Shown piece by piece: positions 9,372-19,239 of a stretch of 56,658 nucleotides of DNA. The notes beneath the pieces were generated by a model. The model was not told the DNA's origin, did no database searches, and saw only the letters and a list, made by a program, of their open reading frames with translations. How positions within the stretch are numbered: position 1 is the first letter of the stretch; each line of letters starts with the position of its first letter. The position numbers and the translations under genes are program-made. This DNA comes from a virus (lineage: Duplodnaviria; Caudoviricetes), in IMG/VR virus record IMGVR_UViG_3300035565_000019, positions 1-56,658 of that record; one strand, written 5' to 3'.

Positions 9372-10957
9372 TGGTCTGGAAAATCGATGGTGCACAAGGC
9401 GCCGAGAGCAAAAAGATCGTTTGGGAAGCTGCGCCCTATTTGCGCGGCAAAGGACTTGACCTTGGCGCAGGAATGTTCAAGATCATCCCGCATGCTATCT
9501 CTGTAGATAGCGGGGATCATGCTGCTTTATTTGGCCATCACTTTGTCGCAGAGTTAAAGTTGAATTGCGAAAAACTGGATATTATCGCTTCGCAGTCCAT
9601 GGATTATGTGTTTAGCAGCCATTTACTGGAGCATATCGAAGATCACAAAGCAGCCTTGAAAGAGTGGTGGCGCGTTATTAAGCAAGGCGGCAAACTCGTA
9701 CTGTATCTGCCGCATGCTGACTTCTATCCGCGCATGGGTCAACCTGGCGCCAACCCGACACATCTGCATGACTTCCTGCCGCAAGATATTATTGACGCTA
9801 TGAAGGAAATATCATCAGAAGCACATCAGTTTGATTTGATAGACTGCCAAGAACGGAACGAAGGCGAGGAGTATTCAATGTTCTTGGTATTCCGGAAGAT
9901 CCAAGCTAAAAGCCCATCGTTTACTTACAAACTTGATAAGTTTAGCGGTCAAAAAAGCGCGCTTGTCTGTCGCTTTGGCGCATTTGGCGACCTGATGCAA
10001 GCATCTAGCGTGTTTGCTGGATTAAAGAAGCAAGGATACCATGTTACATTGATGACTAGCCTGCCTGGAGCTGATGTCGTGTCACAAGACCCACATATTG
10101 ATTCAGTAATGTTGTTGGATGTCGATCAGATTCCTAATGCGAACCTCGGAGACTTTTGGCGCTACCAAGCCAAGAAGTTTGATAAATTCGTCAATCTGTC
10201 TGAGTCAGTCGAAGGCACATTCTTGGCTATGGGCGGACGTACTCCTCATGCATGGCCACCTGCGCTACGTCATAAGATGATGAACAAGAATTATGTCGAG
10301 TTCCAGCATGAGCTAGCTGGAGTGCCGCATGATCCGCAAGTCAAATTCTTTGCAACTGAAGACGAAAAGAAGTGGGCGAAAAAAGAGCGCGCTAAGATGG
10401 ACGAGTTTGTCGTTATGTGGTCACTTGCAGGCTCCAGCGTACACAAAGCATGGGCTGGCCTTGATAACATCATGGCTGCTTTGCTTATACAATATCCTAC
10501 TGTACATATTGTATTGGTAGGCGGGCCAGAGTGCGCAATGCTTGAAGCAGGATGGGAGAAGGAATCCCGTGTAACCAAGACATGCGGCAAATGGAGTATT
10601 CGTCAATCGTTGTCATTTATTACCGAGGCCAATTTACTAATAGGGCCCGAGACTGGAGTTATGAATGCTGCTGCGAATGAAGAAGTGCCGAAGATCTTGT
10701 TTTTATCTCATTCGACTAAAGAGAACCTATCACGTGATTGGGTTAACACAACATCCTTGTATGGTAAAGGAACTAAGTGCAAGGGACGTGGTGATGATGA
10801 AGCACCAGCATGCCACCAAATGCATTATGGGTTCGAGCACTGCACTAAAGACGAGGAGAGCGGTACGTCGCAGTGCCAAAAGGATATTTCGGTCGAGGAA
10901 GTTTTCTATCACGCGACATGCATCATTGACATAGGTGTGGAGAGGATGAGGGCTTAA
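9371..10957 (+). CDS. Class I methyltransferase fused to a GT9 (heptosyltransferase-like) glycosyltransferase
   Basis: N-terminal LDLGAG and FSSHLLEHI...EWWRVIKQGG; C-terminal RFGAFGDLM, LIGPETGVMNAAA and Cys-rich C..DISVEEV tail typical of WaaC/WaaF-like GT9; TAATG coupling. Confidence 0.8.
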   Translation: MVWKIDGAQGAESKKIVWEAAPYLRGKGLDLGAGMFKIIPHAISVDSGDHAALFGHHFVAELKLNCEKLDIIASQSMDYVFSSHLLEHIEDHKAALKEWWRVIKQGGKLVLYLPHADFYPRMGQPGANPTHLHDFLPQDIIDAMKEISSEAHQFDLIDCQERNEGEEYSMFLVFRKIQAKSPSFTYKLDKFSGQKSALVCRFGAFGDLMQASSVFAGLKKQGYHVTLMTSLPGADVVSQDPHIDSVMLLDVDQIPNANLGDFWRYQAKKFDKFVNLSESVEGTFLAMGGRTPHAWPPALRHKMMNKNYVEFQHELAGVPHDPQVKFFATEDEKKWAKKERAKMDEFVVMWSLAGSSVHKAWAGLDNIMAALLIQYPTVHIVLVGGPECAMLEAGWEKESRVTKTCGKWSIRQSLSFITEANLLIGPETGVMNAAANEEVPKILFLSHSTKENLSRDWVNTTSLYGKGTKCKGRGDDEAPACHQMHYGFEHCTKDEESGTSQCQKDISVEEVFYHATCIIDIGVERMRA

Positions 10958-10958
10958 C

Positions 10959-11915
10959 ATGGCGACTTCAGGCACATACAGTTTTACTTGCAATCGAGAC
11001 CAGATCATCCGCGATGCAATGCTTAATATTGCAAAGCTAGATGAAATAGAAGGCCCGACACCTCAAGAAACAATTGATTGTGCCTTTAAGCTGAATATGC
11101 TGGTCAAGCAGTGGATGGGTACAAAAGACTTTGCGCCTGGACTTAAGGAGTGGACGCAACGTCGAGGCTTCCTTTACATGGATGGTCGCACTGGCAAGTA
11201 TAGCCTTAGTCCGACATCTGTTGGATGGACTAACACGTTCAATAGCACCACTACAATGGCGTCAGTATCGTCTGGCTCTATTATTGCAGTTACATCATCT
11301 GCTAACATGACTGCAGGTGATAACATTGGACTTGACCTTGATATAGGGTATATTTACTGGTCTACCATTGCAATCGGCGGAATATCTGGCAATAACATAA
11401 CTATTGCCGGCACTGTTCCGTCGTTGGCGTCTAAAAGCTCAATTGTTTATAGTTACACTACTGGCGCGCAGCAGCCATTAGAAGTGCGCACAGCATTTCT
11501 ACGTGATTCGTTTTACAGTGATACGCCATTAAAATTGATGACTTCTAGCGAGTATGATTATTTGCCAAACAAGACTGATCCTAATAATCTTTCTGATCCA
11601 ACTGCTATTTATTACGAATGGCAATTGGCGCAAGGTAATCTTTACGTCGATGTCGGTGGTGCTGCGGATTTGTCCAAGTATATTTGCTTGACATACTTGG
11701 AGGAGACCCAAGATTTTAATAATCCAGCAGATGCTCCAGAATATCCGCAAGAATGGTTTTTACCATTGACTCTGGGTTTAGCAAAGCAGATAGCGCCAAT
11801 GTATCGTGCAGAGTGGACTCCGTTGCTGCAAGACAACTATACGACTGCGTTGGCAATAGCGCAGAAGAAAGGTGCAAACCGCGAAACGCTGTACTTCCAA
11901 CCAGGGCTAGACTAA
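10959..11915 (+). CDS. Head-tail adaptor/tail tubular protein A-like
   Basis: MATSGTYSF..RDQIIRDA start, PTAIYY and PQEWFLPLTLGLA motifs; upstream of the gp10-like gene. Confidence 0.7.
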   Translation: MATSGTYSFTCNRDQIIRDAMLNIAKLDEIEGPTPQETIDCAFKLNMLVKQWMGTKDFAPGLKEWTQRRGFLYMDGRTGKYSLSPTSVGWTNTFNSTTTMASVSSGSIIAVTSSANMTAGDNIGLDLDIGYIYWSTIAIGGISGNNITIAGTVPSLASKSSIVYSYTTGAQQPLEVRTAFLRDSFYSDTPLKLMTSSEYDYLPNKTDPNNLSDPTAIYYEWQLAQGNLYVDVGGAADLSKYICLTYLEETQDFNNPADAPEYPQEWFLPLTLGLAKQIAPMYRAEWTPLLQDNYTTALAIAQKKGANRETLYFQPGLD

Positions 11916-13399
11916 TGCCGCTCACACCCCTTTCATTGTTCGGAACAAGCATCAAGTCGATATCTCCTGCCATGACAGCACAGAGACGCTTGAATTGCTT
12001 TTACATTCCAAGGGACGATGGTGATAAGAGTTCAATTGCGCTGATTGGTACCCCAGGATTACTTTTGTGGGCATCTTTGCCTACTTACCCCATACGAGGG
12101 TGGCGCGTGGTGGGCTCTACGCTCTACGTAGTCGCGGGTGCCGTATTCTATAAAGTGAGCACAGCAGGCACTATTACTGCCATCCCAGTCACATTCGGTA
12201 CGGGCATACCACTAGGCACTAATAAAGTGAGTATGGTGGATAATGGCGTTCAGCTAGGCATTGTTGATCACATCAACCTGTACTGCTATACCATTACTAC
12301 AGGCTCTTACCAACAGTCTAATTTGAATTCTGCTGAGGCATTCGGTATTGTTTCAGACTTCGCCACCCAGGGCGTTGCTGGCGCGACCACTATCACGTTC
12401 CTTAATGGCCGTTGCACTGCTGAGAAAGCTGGTTCACGTCAGGCTTATACGAGCGGTTCGTATGACATTACTGCATGGGGCGGAAACGCCACACACAGCG
12501 CCCTAATATTCTTCACAAAGGAAAATGCTGCTGATCTATTGGTGGCTGTCGAAGCATTTAATGGCACAATGATTTTATGGGGGGATTCGACGATTGAATA
12601 CTGGCAAGACGTTGGTACTTCACCGTTGCCATATTCCCGTATTCAAGGCGCGACACAGACATATGGGTTAGCTGCTAAATCATCAAGGGCGGTGGTAGAA
12701 AACACATTGTTCTTCTTGGCCAAGAACCCGCAAGGTCATATTAAAGTGATGTCGATATCTAATGGATATGCCCCGCAACGCGTAAGTACCGACGACGTAG
12801 ACGATTTCATAAATGACATGACTTCATTTACAGACGCGGCAGCTCTGACTTATGTCGCCTATGGGCATACGATGTATCAGCTGACCTTCCCCACTGACGG
12901 AAGAACCCTGTTGTATGACACGACGACAAAAGTCTGGCAAGAGGCGCAGACAGGGCTAGATTTGATTGGGCGTCATCAAGCTGAACTCGGCATTTCTTTT
13001 AATGGCCAGAATATCGCTGGTGATTATTCAAGTGGAAGTATGTACACGTTTGATGAATATACCTTCACTGATAATGGTGTGGCTATAAAGCGCCAAGTAG
13101 CGTCCAAACATATCCGTAACGGAGGCAATCCGCTCACCCTGTCAGAGCTTGTGCTTGATATAGAAACTGGTGTCGGATTGCAGGCTAGTCAGGGCAATGA
13201 CCCGCAAATAGCCATGGAGCGCTCTAAGGATGGCGGTAGAACATACGGGCAACCCAGACTGACATCGATGGGCAAGGCTGGCCAGTATCTGTCCCCAAAA
13301 GTTCGCTGGCGCAGACTAGGCACGAGTGATGACCATGTGTTTCGCTTCACCGTGACCGACCCTGTAAAGTTTGTAGTTACTGGAGGCTCTGTATCATGA
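11915..13399 (+). CDS. P22 gp10-like packaged-DNA stabilisation/tail hub protein
   Basis: TPGL start, YQLTFPT..TLLYD, SKDGGRTYG and VRWRRLG motifs; TAATG coupling at 11915. Confidence 0.8.
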   Translation: MPLTPLSLFGTSIKSISPAMTAQRRLNCFYIPRDDGDKSSIALIGTPGLLLWASLPTYPIRGWRVVGSTLYVVAGAVFYKVSTAGTITAIPVTFGTGIPLGTNKVSMVDNGVQLGIVDHINLYCYTITTGSYQQSNLNSAEAFGIVSDFATQGVAGATTITFLNGRCTAEKAGSRQAYTSGSYDITAWGGNATHSALIFFTKENAADLLVAVEAFNGTMILWGDSTIEYWQDVGTSPLPYSRIQGATQTYGLAAKSSRAVVENTLFFLAKNPQGHIKVMSISNGYAPQRVSTDDVDDFINDMTSFTDAAALTYVAYGHTMYQLTFPTDGRTLLYDTTTKVWQEAQTGLDLIGRHQAELGISFNGQNIAGDYSSGSMYTFDEYTFTDNGVAIKRQVASKHIRNGGNPLTLSELVLDIETGVGLQASQGNDPQIAMERSKDGGRTYGQPRLTSMGKAGQYLSPKVRWRRLGTSDDHVFRFTVTDPVKFVVTGGSVS

Positions 13400-13662
13400 G
13401 CGCAAAACTCAGTCCACCCCCGTTTCAAAATGCAGTAGATGAGAACGGTAGTAAATTGTCTAGCTTGTGGAATGCTTGGATAAGCGCTTTGTACAGCTAT
13501 GTTCAGACGGCTAATTCTATAATAACTGAGTCTGCGGCAGTAATATCAGCTAATTATTCGATAAATTCTGGTAACAATGGCGCTAGTGTCAGCCCAGTGA
13601 CAATAGCAAGCGGCATGACTGTAACTGTCCCAACTGGGTCTATTTGGTTAATCTTGGTGTGA
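13396..13662 (+). CDS. Small tail protein
   Basis: Follows the gp10-like gene; PVTIASGMTVTVPTGSIW motif. Confidence 0.55.
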   Translation: MSAKLSPPPFQNAVDENGSKLSSLWNAWISALYSYVQTANSIITESAAVISANYSINSGNNGASVSPVTIASGMTVTVPTGSIWLILV

Positions 13663-13669
13663 GGTCAAA

Positions 13670-14743
13670 ATGTCAGTAGGAATTAGAGCAGGAGCGACAA
13701 GCGGGGCACTTCAAGTGAATGGGGTGGATGCAGTCACGTTCGACTCCACGGGCCTAACAGGAGGTACTGGTTCGATAACTGGGAACATAAATCCGACTTC
13801 TCTGAATTCAGGCCAACTCTCAGGCTTCCGTAATAAAATCATCAACGGCGACATGATGGTGTCGCAGGTGAATGCAAGCACTTCTGTCACGGTGACTGCC
13901 GCCGCTGCATTGAACTATACAATCGACCAATGGTACTCATACTGCACTGGCGCTAACGTAACTGCTCAGCGTGTCGCAGGAACGAGCAATGACAGGTATC
14001 GCTACCAATTCACGGGAGCGGCTTCTGTAACCGCAATAGGCTTCGCTCAACGTATCGAGCAAGCTAACGTGTACGACTTGGCGGGGCAGACGGCAATCGT
14101 CGGGGTTGACCTTTCAAACTCTTTGCTCACTACTGTCACATGGACATTGAATTATGCGAACAGTGCAGATACGTTCGGCACTCTTGCAAGTCCGACAGTA
14201 ACGCAGATTGCTACAGGAGCATTCACGGTAAGCAATTCGCTGACTCGTTTCTACACTCCGGCAATAAGTATTCCGGCAGAGGCAACAACTGGTCTTGAAT
14301 TAAAGTTGACAGTTGGGGCACAAACATCTGGGACTTGGGTAATTGGTAAGGTGCAACTCGAACAAGTATCCGCAGGGGCAACTTTAGGTACAGCGTTCGA
14401 GCATGTTCCTTATGAAACACAGCTCAGGTGGTGTCAGAGGTATGTACGACCTATTTCTACACAAGGCAATGGACAATTTGTGGGGCAAGCATTTAATGCT
14501 ACTGGTGCAAATTGGGTTACTTTTGGAGTACCGATGCGCGGGGCGGTTACTTTGTCGCAAACTACAGGAGCGTATACAACAAATGCCGCTGGTGCTAATC
14601 AAGCTATCACTACATTAGTAGTGCAGCCGGGGGGTCAAGCAGGTGACATTTGGCTAAATACTACAACCGCGACGGGGTTAGTTGCAGGAAATGCTACTGT
14701 TTTACAGCCCGCAACAGGTACTTGCATCTTGTCACAAATGTAA
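13670..14743 (+). CDS. Tail fibre with a carbohydrate-binding-like domain
   Basis: GFRNKIINGDM..SQ, VQLEQ and LRWCQRY motifs of a common phage fibre family. Confidence 0.75.
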   Translation: MSVGIRAGATSGALQVNGVDAVTFDSTGLTGGTGSITGNINPTSLNSGQLSGFRNKIINGDMMVSQVNASTSVTVTAAAALNYTIDQWYSYCTGANVTAQRVAGTSNDRYRYQFTGAASVTAIGFAQRIEQANVYDLAGQTAIVGVDLSNSLLTTVTWTLNYANSADTFGTLASPTVTQIATGAFTVSNSLTRFYTPAISIPAEATTGLELKLTVGAQTSGTWVIGKVQLEQVSAGATLGTAFEHVPYETQLRWCQRYVRPISTQGNGQFVGQAFNATGANWVTFGVPMRGAVTLSQTTGAYTTNAAGANQAITTLVVQPGGQAGDIWLNTTTATGLVAGNATVLQPATGTCILSQM

Positions 14744-14745
14744 TC

Positions 14746-15072
14746 ATGGCATCCTTCTTCTACCCCCTGTACGCAATCGCAAGTCTGCTAGTGACCATCT
14801 CGGCATTCTTTCTCGCGCCTATACTTCCGATATTTGCAAACGACAAAGGAATGCTCCCTTCTTGGCTGTCTTGGTATCAGATGCCAGACAATCCATTATG
14901 GGGAGACAACTTATGGGCAATAGACAATCCTTCCTATAGCAAGTATCGCTTGGCTATGACTTACCAATGGAGGAATCCCGCCTTATGCTTGTCCCGCTTC
15001 TCCGTCTTTTGTGTTAACTATAAATCAAGTAAGCGCAGACTAAATGTTAAAGCTACATACAATAGAATTTGA
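14746..15072 (+). pseudogene. Probably truncated fibre-associated membrane protein
   Basis: TM segment, LPSWLSWYQMPDNPLWGD and WRNPA motifs; the sequence then degrades where the AT-rich hydroxylase cassette begins. Confidence 0.4.
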
Positions 15073-15592
15073 TGTTAAACCTTTATTAAAGGTAATTGAG
15101 GACAACCCACAGCTATGGAACCAGCATACATCGCGCACAAAGTCTCTTGACTCGCCACATCGCGATATGTCGGACATTTGGGTTAGATACAATGATCCCA
15201 AAAATTTTACAGGAGATCGTCTAGCATTCAATGAGCCACATGAGTCAGTATGGTATCCATCAGCCGCCATACCTTATGTCAAGGATATTGTATATGATAT
15301 AATGTGCAGGGTTAAAGGTGAACGTCTTGGGGGCATATTAATTACTAAATTACCAGCGGGTAGGCAATGTTATCCGCATATAGACGGAGGTTGGCATGCC
15401 AAATATTATGATAAATATGCTGTTCAATTAGCCGGGCATCCACTTCAATCATTTAATGTCGGGAACGAAAAATTAGTGACGAAGGCTGGAGATGTGTTTC
15501 AATTTGAGAATGATGTAATTCATTGGGTAGAAAATAACAGCCCTGAAGACAGAATTACCCTTATAGTTTGCATTAGGAGCGATCGTGGATAA
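15044..15592 (+). CDS. Aspartyl/asparaginyl beta-hydroxylase-like 2OG-Fe(II) oxygenase
   Basis: YPHID (HxD), FENDVIHWVENNSPEDRITLIVCIR (distal His and Arg). Confidence 0.8.
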   Translation: MLKLHTIEFDVKPLLKVIEDNPQLWNQHTSRTKSLDSPHRDMSDIWVRYNDPKNFTGDRLAFNEPHESVWYPSAAIPYVKDIVYDIMCRVKGERLGGILITKLPAGRQCYPHIDGGWHAKYYDKYAVQLAGHPLQSFNVGNEKLVTKAGDVFQFENDVIHWVENNSPEDRITLIVCIRSDRG

Positions 15593-15908
15593 AGTTGAAA
15601 TCAAGACACTGCATCATTTTTCCAATGGAGTTTATGCAAAGGAAATGCATATTCCTATGAATCATCATGCTCAAACACATAAGCACTCTTATGACCACAT
15701 GAGCATTTTAGCTAAAGGTAAAGTTGGAATATTTGTAAATGAGAATCCGGAAGTAATTTATGAAGCTCCTGCTTGTATTGAAATTAAAGCTGGTATATCT
15801 CATACAATCAATGCTTATGAAGCCGCAGTCTGGTTTTGCATTCATAAGACAACAGAAACTGATGAGAAAAAAGTAGATTCAATACTGATTGAAAAGAACG
15901 GAGAATAA
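15585..15908 (+). CDS. Cupin-domain protein
   Basis: HHFSNGVYAKE, HKHSYDH, AGISH and WFCIH motifs. Confidence 0.75.
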   Translation: MDKVEIKTLHHFSNGVYAKEMHIPMNHHAQTHKHSYDHMSILAKGKVGIFVNENPEVIYEAPACIEIKAGISHTINAYEAAVWFCIHKTTETDEKKVDSILIEKNGE

Positions 15909-15909
15909 T

Positions 15910-17427
15910 ATGCCATTTGGATACGTAGCAGCGGGGATCGTGGTCGCAAACGTAGTAAGTTCAGCCACTGGGGGAAGCGGCAGCGGTATTTATGACATTA
16001 CAGGAAGCAAAGACCTTGCTAAAATCGGTAATATTTATGCTGCTGGCGTTGGCATTTACACCGGATTAAGCGCAATGGGTGTATTTAATGCGTCTTCTGG
16101 GATGCTTACGGAAGCTGATGCAGCATCTCTAGCTAATTCTGGTATGAGCGATCAAGCTATGACCACAGTTGCGCAGAACGTGGCAAACGGCTCTATGTCG
16201 TCAGCACAGGCAGGAGCATTTTCATCTCAAGTAGCCGCTGGGCAAATATCTTCTGAAGCAGCTACTTCAATTGCCACTGATATCAATAGTGGCGCTGTGT
16301 CGGCCAACGATGCTATTCAAATATCCTCCCAAGCCAATGTGATAAAAGCTGGTGGTACGCCCACAGGACTTGGTGATAAGGCACTGGCGTATATGAAAAC
16401 TGCGCAAGGTATAAATACTATCGCTAGTATACTTACTACAGGCGCGGGAGCAGCATACTCATCTGGCGTCTCTGGGCAGATAGGTCAAACCGCAATGACG
16501 GGGGCACAAAAAGCTGCGGACATTGTAGCCACTGCCGACCTACAAGCCGCAGCACAACAATCCCAAGCAGCGAAGGACGCTTCTGCGCAGCAAATAGCTG
16601 GCGGGCAGGCTGCTAAAACTGATATATCCGGCGCTGCTACACAGCAAACGGCGCTTGCACAACCATACATGTCTGCTGGCACTTCTGCATTGTCGCGGTT
16701 ATCAGAAGGACTAAAAACTGGCGGTGAATTTAATCAGCCATTCAAAATGGAAGAGTCTCCGCAATATAAATTTGCGCTTGAGCAAGGGATGCAGGCTATT
16801 GAAGGTAAAGCTGCTAAAGGTGGGACGCAACTATCCTCAGGAAACTTGGCTGCAATGACGGGATATGCGGTAGGTGAAGCAGGCCAATTCGAGCAGCAAG
16901 CATTTAGTCAATGGTTAGCCAGCAAGAATTTGGATATCGGCACATTGCAGAACATGGTTCGGACTGGCCAAGTGTCTTCACAGCAACTAGCGCAAGAGTT
17001 AGGCCAAGCAGGCGTCAGCCAGGCAACCATCGATCAATATATTGGCAATGTTGGAGCTGCAGGGACAGTAGGCGCAGCAGCAGCAACTGCCAAAGGGATT
17101 ACAGGCGCAGCAGAGGCACAAGCTGCAGGCACTGCTGGAGTGACCAAAGCCCAGACTGATATGATGCAACAACAGGGCGCGATAAGAGGCGGCGCTGGAA
17201 CTGATATTCTTGGTAAGATTCCTTCTGTAATTCAAGGATTAAGCAGTAGTACTCCCGCTAGTACACCCCAAGCACCAGGAACAACACCAATGTCTAACTT
17301 ACCAGCGCCAGGAACTATGAACACAACTCCGATGAGCGCGGGTGTTGTAGATTCTAGCGGCGGATTTGATGCGTTTGGCAACCCGATAGGCGGTGTTACA
17401 GACAATACCGGTAATTACTCAGGATAA
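15910..17427 (+). CDS. DNA ejection/pilot protein (P22 gp7-like)
   Basis: Ala/Gly/Gln-rich; QPYMSAG..AL and SPQYKFALEQG..A motifs. Confidence 0.7.
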   Translation: MPFGYVAAGIVVANVVSSATGGSGSGIYDITGSKDLAKIGNIYAAGVGIYTGLSAMGVFNASSGMLTEADAASLANSGMSDQAMTTVAQNVANGSMSSAQAGAFSSQVAAGQISSEAATSIATDINSGAVSANDAIQISSQANVIKAGGTPTGLGDKALAYMKTAQGINTIASILTTGAGAAYSSGVSGQIGQTAMTGAQKAADIVATADLQAAAQQSQAAKDASAQQIAGGQAAKTDISGAATQQTALAQPYMSAGTSALSRLSEGLKTGGEFNQPFKMEESPQYKFALEQGMQAIEGKAAKGGTQLSSGNLAAMTGYAVGEAGQFEQQAFSQWLASKNLDIGTLQNMVRTGQVSSQQLAQELGQAGVSQATIDQYIGNVGAAGTVGAAAATAKGITGAAEAQAAGTAGVTKAQTDMMQQQGAIRGGAGTDILGKIPSVIQGLSSSTPASTPQAPGTTPMSNLPAPGTMNTTPMSAGVVDSSGGFDAFGNPIGGVTDNTGNYSG

Positions 17428-17445
17428 TAAGTTAAGGAGAAGAAA

Positions 17446-19239
17446 ATGGCTGGAGAACAAATAGCAATGGAAGCGCCTTTGGCTGCTGTAAACCCTCAAA
17501 TAGCAATGGCTTCCACGCAACCAAATCCAGATATTGCACGGAACTTTCAACTTCCTGCGAAAGTCGATATTGAAGGGGGTCAGGCGCACGCAGCAGAAGC
17601 AATGCAGCGTACAGGAGAGGCAAAAGCCAAAACTAATCTGCTTCAGGAAGACGAAACTGACCGCATGATTATCAAGCAAATCAAACAAGTCGATCCTGAC
17701 GCTAACACTTCCACCGTAGAAGGAATGAAAAAATTACTTGGCCATGCTAAAGGCAGCGGATTAAGCGATACAGCAATTACTCGTATTAATAAAGCACTTG
17801 GCGATAAGACTACAGCTGATTTAGATTATAAAAATGTTTTAATGAAAGGATCTTTAGAAACTCTTGATCTTGGGCATAAAGAAGTTCAGTGGACTAATGA
17901 AAATTTGGTACGGCCAATGGTAGAGGCACGCCGCAGTAAATATGCCGAAACTCAAGATGACAAGCAAGCTGACTTAGCATTTGAAACTGCTAAATCTGCT
18001 TCAATAGAACTAGCTGCTCAGCTTAAAAATCCTGATGGTACGCCAAAATTTACAGATGCGCATATAGCCAAAATGAAAGCTGCTACATATGACGAAGTAG
18101 CGCATAACTATAATGTCACGGATGTCGCTGCGCAGCATATGAAAGAAGCTTTAGCTAATAAACAAGCGCAAGCCAAGATTGAATTGGAGCAAGCACAAGC
18201 AATGGCTGCGAGTGGGCGTGCTGAACGTGAATTGGCGCAAGCTGAAAAATTGAGTCGTGATGAAGGTGGCGGTAAACCTGAATTGAAGACGCTTAATGTC
18301 GATGGCAAGCCAGCATCTGTCAATTATAAGGGGGGCAAGATCTTTGGGTTAGATGGTAAGGAAATAGCGCCAGAGCGTGTCACGCCAGTAGAAGGCAGAA
18401 GCTCTTCATTGATAACAGGTCGATACAACCCGCGCACTATTTCGGCTGCAAAAGACGTACTAAATGCACTTCACACTATTAATGAGTCGCCATTTCAAAC
18501 TGAAGGCATATTCGGCTCAAATAAACATAGCGATAGCATACTTGGCGATGTTTCCAAGTATGCGTCAAAAGTACTAACTACTGATAGCGCCCAGCGCTTT
18601 AGCACTGTGCAACTAGACTTAAATCGCGCGCTTGGTATAACACTTGAGATGGGCGGTAAAACGAGCGAGGCAGAGTCTAAGCAACTTTCCGGTTATAGTA
18701 TTGCTGCCGGCGATACTGTAGGCGCTGCACAAATGAAGATTGCTGGATCTGCCCAAGTCGTACGAAATGCACTTGAGTCAATGGAGACCACTAATTTACC
18801 TGCTAGCCAAAGAAAAGAAGTTGATAAGCTACTCGACGAACTTAAACAGTTCCCGACGCAGCGTGAGCTCCAGGCCAAGTACTACGAGGGCGCCAAGAAA
18901 CCAGCGCTTGGTATTACGCCAGCCAAGAAGGCCGAAGGCGGCACGTATGAACAACCCATTGCAGCTGCTTTGGGCCCAGTAGAATCGCATGATAACTTGC
19001 CTGACCCGTCAAAATATACAGGCAAAATAGCAACAGATGAGGATACAAAAGAACAATTTAAATCTGATGGCAAGAAGTGGGTGCCAATACCAGGCGCAAA
19101 GAAAGCAAAGCCTACTCAAGGCACTGCAGATAGCATAGAGTCAATTAGGTCGGCATTTATAAAGGGCGATATAAGTGAAGACGAAGCACATAGCCGCTTA
19201 GTTGCGCTTAATACAGAGGCAGGCAAAGGAACCGCATAA
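17446..19239 (+). CDS. Internal virion/ejection protein
   Basis: 597 aa helical charged protein after the pilot protein; RBS AAGGAG. Confidence 0.6.
   Translation: MAGEQIAMEAPLAAVNPQIAMASTQPNPDIARNFQLPAKVDIEGGQAHAAEAMQRTGEAKAKTNLLQEDETDRMIIKQIKQVDPDANTSTVEGMKKLLGHAKGSGLSDTAITRINKALGDKTTADLDYKNVLMKGSLETLDLGHKEVQWTNENLVRPMVEARRSKYAETQDDKQADLAFETAKSASIELAAQLKNPDGTPKFTDAHIAKMKAATYDEVAHNYNVTDVAAQHMKEALANKQAQAKIELEQAQAMAASGRAERELAQAEKLSRDEGGGKPELKTLNVDGKPASVNYKGGKIFGLDGKEIAPERVTPVEGRSSSLITGRYNPRTISAAKDVLNALHTINESPFQTEGIFGSNKHSDSILGDVSKYASKVLTTDSAQRFSTVQLDLNRALGITLEMGGKTSEAESKQLSGYSIAAGDTVGAAQMKIAGSAQVVRNALESMETTNLPASQRKEVDKLLDELKQFPTQRELQAKYYEGAKKPALGITPAKKAEGGTYEQPIAAALGPVESHDNLPDPSKYTGKIATDEDTKEQFKSDGKKWVPIPGAKKAKPTQGTADSIESIRSAFIKGDISEDEAHSRLVALNTEAGKGTA

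Noticed and set aside
11753-11914. N-terminal extension of the gp10-like ORF (likewise 9344, 14650, 50474)
   Set aside because: These overlap upstream genes; coupled downstream ATGs are more plausible starts
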